Source: Eledone cirrhosa (lineage: Eukaryota). Taken from it: a stretch of DNA of 64,000 nt. The stretch is from positions 121,086,001 through 121,150,000 of the forward strand of contig OZ024741.1 in the NCBI GenBank assembly GCA_964016885.1, written 5' to 3'. Shown one piece after another: positions 54,201 through 64,000 of the stretch (positions are counted from its first letter, which is position 1; every line of letters starts with the position of its first letter). The notes beneath the pieces are model-generated. The model saw nothing but the letters and a program-made list of their open reading frames with translations, did not search any database and had not been told where the DNA came from. The translations under genes were made by a program, and so were the position numbers.

Positions 54201-55160
54201 GTTTTCAGGTTAGTGTTAGTGTTCAAGTTAATGTTAGTTTTAGTGTTAGAGATTGTGTTAGTGTTTGTTTTTGTGTTAATATTTGTGTTAGTATCTCTGT
54301 TAGTGTTAGTTTTAGTGTTAAGGTTAGTGTTAGAGATTGTGTTAATGTTAGTATTTGTTTTTGTGTTAATATTTGTGTTAGTATCTCTGTTAGCATTAGT
54401 GTTTGATGTTTCCATTAGTGTTAGTGATTGTGTTAGCGTTAGTCTTTGTTTTTGTGTTAAGGTTAGCGTTAATGTTAGCATTAGTATTTCTGTTAGTGTT
54501 AGCATTAGTGTTTATGTTAGTGTTCAGGTTAATGTTAGCTTAGTTTTCAGGTTAGAATTAGTGTTCAAGTTAATGTTAGTTTTAGTGTTAGTGTTGAGGT
54601 TAGTGTTAGAGATTGCGTTAGTGTTTGTTTTTGTGTTAGTGTTGAGGTTAGTGTTAGAGATTGTGTTAGTGTTTGTTTTTGTGTTAATATTTGTGTTAGT
54701 ATCTCTGTTAGCGTTAGTGTTTGTTTTAGTGTTGAAGTTAATGTTAGCTTAGTTTTCTGGTTAGTATCAGTTTTCAGATTAGTGTTTTGTGTTAGTGTTA
54801 CTTTTAGTGTTAGTGCTCAGGTCAGTGTTAGTGTTTATGGTAGTGTTAGTTTTAGTGCTAGTGTTCAGGCTAATGTGTGTGCTAATGTTAGTTTTAGTGT
54901 AAGTGTTCAGGTTAGTGTTAGTGTTTGTATTAGTGTTTACGGTAGTGTTAGTTTTAGTGCTGGTGTTCAGGTTAGTGTTAGTGTCAGTTTTAGTGTTAGT
55001 GTTCAGGTTAGTGTTTGTGTTAGTTTTCTATTTAATGTTAGTTTTCATGTTAGCGCTAAGTTCACTGTTAGAGCATGTGTGAGTGCAAGTGTTAGAGCAT
55101 GTGTGAGTGCAAGTGTTAGGGTAAGTGTTATTTTTAAAGTTCGGTTTTAGCTTAAAGTTA
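51255..55160. repeat. Cryptic hexamer low-complexity tract (GTTACT, GTCAGC, GTTAGC, GTTAGT)
   Basis: 6-nt periodicity with drifting consensus and internal duplications. Confidence 0.85.
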
Positions 55161-56071
55161 GGTTTTCTACTTTCCAGGAGAAAAGTTGATCCTCTCTAAC
55201 TTGACTGGTGTGATATAGTGTGGTAAAGTATAATCTTTCATAGTCTTGTGTGGTCTTGTCTATTGTTGTATAGTGTAGTATGGTATATTGTTTCATAGCA
55301 TGGTCTGATGTGAGGTCGTACAGTGTTTCGTAGTGTGGTGTTGGATAATGTGGTATGGTATAATGTTTGTCAGTGTGGTGTGGTATGGTATAGGTTGATG
55401 TAGTGTGGCTTAGTTTGATTATAATAATACAAATAATAATAACAATAATAATAGTAATATAATTGTTCTTCTTGTTCATTTTCTTTGTCTTCTTCTGTGC
55501 CTTTGTTTTCTTCTGTGCCTTTGACTGCTTCGGTGCCTTTGACTTCTTCTGTGCCTTTATCTTCTCCTCTGCCATCTAAATACCAAAAACAAATAATGTA
55601 AAACATATATGTTGCCTATCTCTCAGACTTTACAAAGTGCTGAGGAGATAAAATTAATTTAAAGAGCAGTGTGCTCATGCACTGTGATCCTATAATGTAG
55701 CTTATAAGCTATTTCATAACTAAAAAAACAATGTCAAACATCAACAAAAGTATATACAAATATCTTTGAATGTTTAAGTTAAACCTAAATAGATCGTATC
55801 TACAGGTCATTAGGTTAAGGCTGAACTAAGATCATATCTATAAATCATTAGGTTTAGACTGAACTGAGATCATACTTTCTTCTTCTTTTCGTCATCTTCG
55901 TTTCCCGTGTCTTCTTTGTCTTTGTTGTCATTTTCATTTTAGTCGTCTGCTTCGTCGTCTTTTTCTTCTTTTCCATCTAAATATAAAAAAAAATTGTAAA
56001 CAAATATATAGCTGATCTCTCAGACTTTCACGAAACACCGAGGAGATACAGTTAATATAACGAGTGGGGAG

Positions 56072-56125
<54 letters not shown>

Positions 56126-56361
56126 AGTATGCATGTATACGTACATACATATATGTATACAGACGTACAGTAGCATGCACATATATATATATATATACAT
56201 ATATATATACATATGCATACAGGTACACATACATATATGCACGTATCAGTTTAGCGGCGCTAACGTCGCTTTGTTCGTTTGTAAACAAACTGAACAGCCT
56301 GAATTTATGCCATACGGTGTTAAGGCAACCACGTCACCTTTTTGTTCAACACTGACACAGG

Positions 56362-56406
56362 AACGATGTACTAGTTTCAAGCTTGTTAGCTATCATCAGC
56401 ACCGTT
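56362..56406 (-). ncRNA. Hammerhead motif, family 3, inverted copy
   Basis: Exact reverse complement of 56851-56895. Confidence 0.75.
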
Positions 56407-56850
56407 TACCCATCTGCCAGATAGTTGAACGTTCGAAAGTATATACTTTCCTTATGAAAATTAACGGCTGAGCAGCCTAATTTGCATATTGAGTGAGTTA
56501 AATCGGTCAGGCATACCGAAAACGATAAATTGAAACAAAATGAAAACGAAATTTCATTTCTCACTCTTAGTATGGCACTTACTTAAATGTAAGTATGCAT
56601 GTATACGTACATACATATATGTATACAGACGTACAGTAGCATGCACATATATATATATATATACATATATATATACATACATATGCATACAGGTACACAT
56701 ACATATATGCACGTATCAGTTTAGCGGCGCTAACGTCGCTTTGTTCGTTTGTAAACAAACTGAACAGCCTGAAATTAACGGCTGCTCAGCCGTTAATTTT
56801 CATAAGGAAAGTATATACTTTCGAACGTTCAACTATCTGGCAGATGGGTA

Positions 56851-56895
56851 AACGGTGCTGATGATAGCTAACAAGCTTGAAACTAGTACATCGTT
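56851..56895 (+). ncRNA. Minimal type I hammerhead ribozyme motif, family 3
   Basis: AACGGTG-CTGATGA-TAGC(TAACAA)GCTT-GAAA-CTAG-TA-CATCGTT; 7-bp stem I with one G-U pair, palindromic ACTAGT stem III, GUA triplet. Confidence 0.8.
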
Positions 56896-57188
56896 CCCGT
56901 GTCAGTGTTGAACAAAAAGGTGACGTGGTTGCCTTAACACCGTATGGCATAAATTCAGGCTGTTCAGTTTGTTTACAAACGAACAAAGCGACGTTAGCGC
57001 CGCTAAACTGATACGTGCATATATGTATGTGTACCTGTATGCATATGTATATATATATGTATATATATATATGTGCATGCTACTGTACGTCTGTATACAT
57101 ATATGTATGTACGTATACATGCATACTTACATTTAAGTAAGTGCCATACTAAGAGTGAGAAATGAAATTTCGTTTTCATTTTGTTTCA

Positions 57189-57266
<78 letters not shown>

Positions 57267-57550
57267 TATAGCATGGTGTTATGTGGTCTGGTGTGATACA
57301 ACATGGTGTGATGTGGTGTGGTATGATATGGTGAGGCGGGTGAGGGGGGACACAACGTTAGATTAATGTTAACAATACACATGTAGCATCCACATGTGAT
57401 GAGAAGGGGGAAACAGTGTTTAACTAATTTTAAAATTACATGTAGCATCCATCTACAGGTGATTAAGACAGGTGTAATCATATGAAAAGGTCAATTTAAA
57501 ACTACACTGAGATTCTGCTTAAAATGATGGTCAATGAAGTGTTTACTTAC

Positions 57551-57598
57551 TCAGATCCTTTGAAATAACTTTATTTCTCTTACTGTAACTGGACATAC
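57551..57598 (-). other. Candidate 48-nt internal exon of an unidentified transcript
   Basis: TTTTCTATTTCGTAG acceptor and GTAAGT donor; open in phase 1 (MSSYSKRNKVISKDL). Confidence 0.4.
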
Positions 57599-57627
57599 CT
57601 ACGAAATAGAAAACAGTCGAATAGACA

Positions 57628-60600
57628 GTGGTGTGGTGTAGTGTGGTGTAGTGGAGTGTGGTGTAGTGTGGTGTGGTGTAGTGGAGTGGAGTGTGGTTTA
57701 GTGTAGTGGACAGTGGTGTGGTGTAGTGGAGTGTGGTGGAGTGGAGTGTGGTTCAATGTAGGGTGGGGGATATGGTGTAGTGGAGTGTGGTGGGATGTAG
57801 TGTGGTAGCATGTGGTGTGATGGCATGTGATGCGATGTGGCGTGGCATGGTGAAATGTGATGTGATGTGATGAAATGTGGCGTGGCGTGGTGAAATGTGA
57901 TGTGATGTGATGAAATGTGGCGTGGCGTGGTGAAATGAGGCGAGGCGAGGCGAGGCGAGGCGAGACGAGACGAGACGAGACGAGACGAAACGAGACGTGA
58001 CGAGACGTGACGTGACGTGACGTGACGTGACATGACGTGACGTGACGTGATGTGATGTGATGTGATATGGTGTGATGTGGTGTGATGTGGTGTGGTGTGA
58101 TGTGATGTGGTGAGATGTGATGTGGTGTGGTCTGATGTGATGTGGTGAGATGTGATGTGGTGTGGTCTGATGTGGTGTGGTGTGATGTGGTGAGATATGG
58201 TGTGATGTGATGTGGTGTGATGTGGTGTGGTGTGGTGAGATGTGATGTGATGTGATGTGATATGGTGAGATGTGGTGTGGTGTGATATGGTGAGATGTGG
58301 TGTGATGTGGTGTGGTGTGATGTGATGTGGTGAGGTGTGATGTGGTGTGGTCCGATGTGGTGTGGTGTGATGTGGTGTGATGTGGTGAGATATGGTGTGA
58401 TGTGGTGTGGTGTGATGTGGTGTGGTGTGATGTGATGTGGTGTGATGTGATGTGGTGTGATGTGGTGTGGTGTGGTGTGGAGTGATGTGGTGTGGAGTGA
58501 TGTGGTGTGGTGAGATGTGATGTGGTGTGATGTGATGTGATGTGATGTGATGTGATGTGGTGAGATGTGGTGTGATGGGGTGTGGTGAGATGTGGTGTGA
58601 TGTGATGTGATGGCGTGCGGAGTGATTTGATGTGGTGTGATGTGATGTGAAATTTTTTCATCCTATTTTTCATGTGCTATCAACTAATCCAATCTCCAAG
58701 ATGCTTGAAACTGACTTTTTCCCCCCAGGAAAACGGCGGGGTGAGGTGGTTCCCCCTTCACTCGGATAACCCCTGCTTACTCGGAATTTTCTCTTTGATT
58801 CTATTTTCATGCGTTATCAGTGAATATGACTTCCAAACCAGTCAAAAACAACTAGCTTTGGAGAAAGAAGAGAGGGAGAGGGGAAGAGTTTTGCAGATCT
58901 ACACCCCACTCACATGTTGTGGGACTTAATCATTTTCGGTATATTTCCTGTGCTATTAATTAATCTGACCTCCTAGATGCTTCCAATCAACTTATTTCCC
59001 TGGGTTAGGTTTAGGGTTGGGGTAATGTGTAGGGTTTAGTTTTAGGGTTGGGGTAATGTTTAGGGTCTAGTTTTAGGGTTGGGGTAAAGTTTAGGGTTTA
59101 GTTTTAGGTTTGGGATAAAGTTTAGGGTTTAGTTTTATGTTTGGGGTAAAGTTTAGGGTTTAGTTTTAGGGTTGGGGTAATGTTTAGGGTTTAGTTTTAT
59201 GGTTGGGGTATAGTTTAGGGTTTAGTTTAAGGGTTGGGGTAATGTTTATATTTATATTTAGCTTGGTTTGGTTTAGATTTAGAGTTTAGGGTTGGGGCTA
59301 GATTTAATTTTATGTTTAATTTAGTTTTAGTTTCCAAATCCCAGGAAAAAAAATTGATTCAGAGCAACTAAAAGGTCAGATTAGTTGATAGCACTCAAAA
59401 GGAGACCGAAGAAAAATCATTAGGGTATATATCTACAAAACAACAATGGTTTTTCCACCTGTTTTACCTCACCTTTTTTCTAGAACAACTAATCATTTCC
59501 AACTGGTTTGGAGGTCATATTCGTTGATAACATACGAAAAATCTTAGAGAAAACTCTGGGGTTAAATGAGAGAAGTGCATCCACCTAAGTTTTCCATGAA
59601 GAGAGAGTCAATAACAAACATCTTGGAGATCAGATTAGTTGATAACACATGAAAAAAAGACGAGGAAAAATTTTTTGGTGTTATGTGGTGTGGAGTAGTG
59701 TGGTGTGTTTTTATGTGGTGTGATGTAGTGAGGTGTGTTTTTATGTGGTGTGATGTAGTGAGGTGTGGCGTGTTGTGGTGTTATGTGGTGTGGAGTAGTG
59801 TGGTGTGTTTTTATGTGGAGTAGTGTGGTATGTTGTAGTGAGGAGTGGTGTGTTGTGTTGTAGTGAGGAGTGTGGTGTTATGTGGTGTGGAGTAGTGTGG
59901 TGTGTTCTTATGTGGAGTAGTGTGGTGTGTTCTTATGTGGAGTGATGTAGTGAGGAGTGGTGTGTTGTGTTGTGGTGTTATGTGGTGTGGAGTAGTGTGG
60001 TGTGTTTTTATGTGGAATAGTGTGGTGTGTTCTTATGTGGTGTGATGTAGTGAGGTGTGGTGTGTTGTGCTGTGGTGTTATGTGGTGTGGAATAGTGTGG
60101 TGTGTTGTAGTGAGGAGTGGTGTGTTGTGTTGTAGTGAGGAGTGGTGTGTTGTGTTGTGGTGTGTTGTAGTGAGGAATGGTGCGTTGTGTTGTGGTGTTA
60201 TGTGGTGTGGAGTAGTGTGGTGTGTTCTTATGTGGTGTGATGTAGTGAGGAGTGGTGTGTTGTGGTGTGTTTTTATGTGGAGTGGAGTAGTGTGGTGTGA
60301 TGTAGTGAGGAGTGGTGTGTTGTAGTGTGGTGTGATGTGGTGTTGAGTAGTGTGGTGTGTTCTAATGTGATGTGATGTAATGTGGTGTGTTGTGTTGTGG
60401 TGTGATGTGTGGTGTGTTCTAATGTGGTGTGATGTAGTGAGGAGTGGTGTGTGTGTTGTGGTGTGATGTAGTGTGGAGTAGTGTGGTGTGTTCTAATGTG
60501 GTGTGATGTAGTGAGGAGTGGTGTGTTTTTATGTGGTGTGGAGTAGTGTGGTGTGATGTAGTGAGGAGTGGTGTGTTGTGGTGTGTTTTTATGTGGAGTG

Positions 60601-60780
60601 GAGTAGTGAGGAGTGGTGTGTTGTGTTGTGGTGTTATGTGGTGTGGAGTAGTGTTGTATGTTTTTATGTGGTGAAGTGTGGTGTGATGTGGTGCGGTGCA
60701 CTGCGATGTGGTGTGATGCAATGCGGTGCGGTGCAATGTGGTGTTGTGCAGTGCGGTGTTGTGCAGTGCGGTGCAGTGAG
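57628..60780. repeat. Pentanucleotide simple-repeat field (TGTGG/TGTGA/TGTAG) interrupted at 58650-59675
   Basis: The 5-nt periodicity is visible. Confidence 0.9.
58650..59675. mobile_element. Foldback-like element: about 350-bp imperfect inverted arms around a TTAGGG-like 31-bp repeat core
   Basis: 58650-59003 versus the reverse complement of 59340-59675; core unit GTTTAGGGTTTAGTTTTAGGGTTGGGGTAAT. Confidence 0.6.
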
Positions 60781-60947
60781 GTTCTTCATCTTTATCTTTC
60801 TCTTCTTCATCTTTGTATTCATCTTCTTTGTTTTGTCTTCCATCTAAACAAAAAAAATATATAAAACATATATGTAGCCAATCTCTCAGACTTTTACAAA
60901 TTTAATATAAGTGGTGTGTTCCTGAACAGAGATACTACAAAATTGCT

Positions 60948-60980
<33 letters not shown>

Positions 60981-61492
60981 ATATACACGGGTGTGTATGA
61001 TTGTTTATAGAAGATTATATTAATAAAAGGAATTCCAACTTTGTCTGATTTACTCGTTTTATTTACAATCCTTTAAAATTATAATGGTATTAGAATGAAA
61101 TAGTATGGTAGAACAAGTAATTTCATGCTTTCGCAATCTTCAGGTTCATATTCTGTGGTGACAGTCAAGTTTACAATTTTCAACTGTAATGAGATGGGTA
61201 AATTTTGTGCCTTATATACAGTGAAAAGCGGCTACAGAATGCTAAATTTTGCAAACTGTATTTCGACCAATCGGTGTGTAGTTTCACTGGATTACTGAAG
61301 CTGATTGGTTTAGGCATCACGGTTGGTTGGGCATGTCTAACGACTTCTATTTGGCCCTATTCAAAGCATCAATTGTTTTGCTATTTTTAGAAATGATGAA
61401 AATAGCATTTTCTAGGGTTTTTATACCCTTAAGAATTATTATTGTTCATTTAGCTTGGGTTGGAATTTTGAAAAATATTCCCAAATGCAAAT

Positions 61493-61752
61493 ATGAACTG
61501 CAAAAGCAGAAATCTAATTTACTGCATTAAATGCCCGAATTGTGAAGAACTATATGTCGGTCAAACTGGAAATGCACTATCGGAACGTGCACGGGTGCAC
61601 CGACAGCATATCAGAGACCCAAATGTCCATCAGATACCCCTGAGTAACCATCTAGCAACATGTGGTCAGAAAATATTTATAATATTTCCATTCTACAAAT
61701 TACACAGGCCAAGTGAAATCAAGAGAAAAATCAAAGAAAAGAATTTTATTTC
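61493..61752 (+). mobile_element. Penelope-like element GIY-YIG endonuclease fragment
   Basis: CKSRNLIYCIKCPNCEELYVGQT...ER..VHR...PLSNHL...R...E..FI: LIY/YVG motifs, conserved Arg and Glu, and Cys/His residues. Confidence 0.85.
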
Positions 61753-61814
61753 ATGTATGTATCATATAATATGATACATACATGAAAAAAAACAACAACA
61801 AAAAAAGGGTAAAG

Positions 61815-61960
61815 ACCCGCTTCAGCCATGGGATTTGTACTTAGAAAGTTCCCTTCCTTCCGAGGCACAAGTCCGGGCAAGGTTGTTTGTGGAAGACCAG
61901 CAGTCGCCCATACATACCAACCTCCCTTCTCCACACTACCGATGTTGACCAAGGGAAACA
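61815..61960 (-). mobile_element. SINE family B 3' half
   Basis: Reverse complement of the GGGCGACTGCTGGTCTTCCACAAACAACCTTGCC...TCCCATGG tail. Confidence 0.65.
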
Positions 61961-62180
61961 TCCATGCACACACACATACAAACATACACACACATACATA
62001 CAAACATACACACACATATATGCAAACATACACACACATACATACAAACATACATACAAACATACACATATGGGTGACACAATATGTGATAAAGCTGGAG
62101 CCTTTCACTCTACATATATAATACACCTGACTGTGACTGGATTCCATAGAGTTCGTCTATGTCAAATTTTACAGATATCT

Positions 62181-62482
62181 GGTACTCCGTCAGTTACTAC
62201 GACGATTGTTCCAGTTGACACGATCAACAGAACAGCCTGCTCGTGACATCAACATGCAAGTGGCTGAACATTCAACGTACCCTTAACGTATATCTCGGGT
62301 AGAATCAGTGTTACACAGAATGTAACAAAGCTGGTCCTCCGAATTATAAGTACAATTAATTTTTGCCAGCTGAGTGGATTGGCGCAAAATAAAATAAAGT
62401 CCTCAAAGAACCAACGCGCTGCCAGGAATCGAACTCACAACCTTCTAGTCATGAGCCGAACACTCTAACCACTAAGCCACTC
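62181..62482 (-). mobile_element. Full-length tRNA-derived SINE with a different body (source family of the 43-bp array)
   Basis: GTGGCTTAGTGGTTAGAGTG...GAGTTCGATTCC head; body AAAAATTAATTGTACTTATAATTCGGAGGACCAGCTTTGTTACATTCTGTGTAACACTGA. Confidence 0.8.
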
Positions 62483-62565
62483 ACCTTCACCCTGATAAAT
62501 GACATTTGCCCAAAATACCACGCAGTAGGATCAAAGCCGAACACACAAACACAGGTAGATCAACA

Positions 62566-62724
62566 ATGGAAACGAGGTCATTTCTAATAAAGTATTTGCT
62601 CTTAGTCATGTACATCCGATTTGAAATAAGAGCTGAAGGTGTGATTTGCTTTACAAATTGCGTCACAAGGATGGCTCCGTACTGTGCAACATACACAGTC
62701 AACCGAATCATGTTTATCGTATCA
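62566..62724 (+). CDS. Candidate first coding exon of an unidentified, possibly secreted protein
   Basis: CAACAATGG start context, 53 codons with a hydrophobic N-terminus and 3 Cys, GTAAGT donor in phase 0. Confidence 0.35.
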
Positions 62725-62841
62725 GTAAGTATGTATGTATGTATGTATGTATGTATGTATGTATGTATGTATGTATGTATGTATGTATGTATGTATGTAT
62801 GTATGTATGTATGTATGTCACAAGTGTAGTGTTTGTACCAG

Positions 62842-62957
62842 AGTTTTCAAGTCGCTGGCTGGACTAAAAAGTCACACTCGTTCAGCGCATCGGTAGGGGT
62901 TCTCCTACATGGATACAAAGTAATGGCCGTACTCGAAAACGAATTGGCAGCCACCAT
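62842..62957 (+). CDS. Candidate second exon of the same gene
   Basis: TTTGTACCAG acceptor, open in phase 0 (SFQVAGWTKKSHSF...ELAAT), GTATGT donor. Confidence 0.35.
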
Positions 62958-63184
62958 GTATGTATGTATGTATGTATGTATGTATGTATGTATGTATGTA
63001 TGTATGTATGTATGTATGTATGTAGAGTAATGTAGTTGTGTAACATATATTAGTATATATCATACATCGCTAAAACATTATCTGATTCAGAATTTCTTGC
63101 AAAGTGTTGAGTCAAATAATTTTACACCACGTCAATAAATATGTTCGTTTTCCCCTTTCTCTTCTGTAAAATAATTTGTTTCAA

Positions 63185-63785
63185 TACGGGTGGACGGGAA
63201 TGACTCCCCATCAACAGTGGAGTCAGTCAAGACCTCGTGGCTGCCCCCGACCTCTTCAACTGTGTCATCAACTATCTGATGACCAAAGAGTTTCTGTCAG
63301 CTCCTTCATTTACCTGGGCTCGACATTCACCAACAATGGGGACCTGACACCGGAGATCAACCGCAAATATTGTCTGGCCGTCGGGGTTATGCACTCCCTA
63401 TAGAAGCCTCCTTTATCTCCCGGAAGACGAGGCTCCGTATCTACAACTTGTCGGATTTTTCCGTTCTCTTCCATGGAGCAGAAACGTGGCCCCTCACAAA
63501 GACACCGGCAAAGAGGATCGACGGCTTCGATAGCAGAGCCCTGATGACCATCGAGAACATCAAATGGTACCCTCACCTTTCCAACAAAGAGTCGCGTGCG
63601 CACGCGCATTAGCCTGCGGCTTCTTGCCTCATAATCATCCGTGCTGGTACGGACATGTATCCGCCACCTGCCAGATCATCCTACCAGGACCTTACTCTCG
63701 TTGGATGCATCAGATACAGACTGGAAGAGGCCTCGTGACATGCCCCACACCAGACGGCTAAATGTGATTACAAAGATCTCCAGAA
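63185..63785 (+). mobile_element. Degraded RTE-clade LINE fragment
   Basis: FIYLGSTFTNNGD, FHGAETWPLTK, WYGHV, WKRPR motifs across frames. Confidence 0.8.
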
Positions 63786-64000
63786 GCTATATATATATAC
63801 ATACATTAAAAAAGCCATATACACTGAGACGCTGGTTAAACCATTAACCGCAAAGCCAAAAAGCGAGCAAGCTATTCGGGTCAAACAAATAATAATATAT
63901 GATTTTTGGCTTTGCGGTTAATGGTTTAACCATCGTCTCAGTGTGTATGGCCTTTTAAATGTATATTTATTGCTCTAGTTCACTCGTATCTATTGAGCGC

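Noticed and set aside
57698-58673. His/Thr-rich 306-aa ORF
   Set aside because: Pentanucleotide simple repeat.
59004-59300. True telomere
   Set aside because: Short, degenerate, 31-bp higher-order unit and internal to inverted arms.
61100-61400. Possible further minus-strand exons
   Set aside because: Acceptor-like sites exist, but the frames contain stops and the donors are unconvincing.

Overview
AT-rich, microsatellite-dense eukaryotic DNA. The SINE and LINE repertoire suggests an octopus-like cephalopod, which is an inference. I could reconstruct one complete gene by hand: a 5-exon minus-strand claudin/PMP22-superfamily tetraspan protein (301 aa, 15072-34490), with four GTAAGT donors and consistent phases. 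The rest is mostly repeats: a 7.5-kb 22-bp satellite, 39-bp and 43-bp minisatellites, tRNA-derived SINEs, RTE/CR1/R4-like LINE fragments, hAT/piggyBac/CACTA/mariner/Helitron-like relics and a Penelope-type GIY-YIG fragment. Most long ORFs in the track are repeat artefacts. The most interesting signal is a set of short non-coding elements in or beside (TA)n tracts that share a 'partial tandem plus inverted copy' architecture. Three unrelated families among them carry minimal type I hammerhead ribozyme motifs (7 copies, both strands) with palindromic stem III. This is consistent with non-autonomous Penelope-derived or retrozyme-like elements, several of which lie in intron 1 of the gene. Ribozyme activity and novelty cannot be established from sequence alone.
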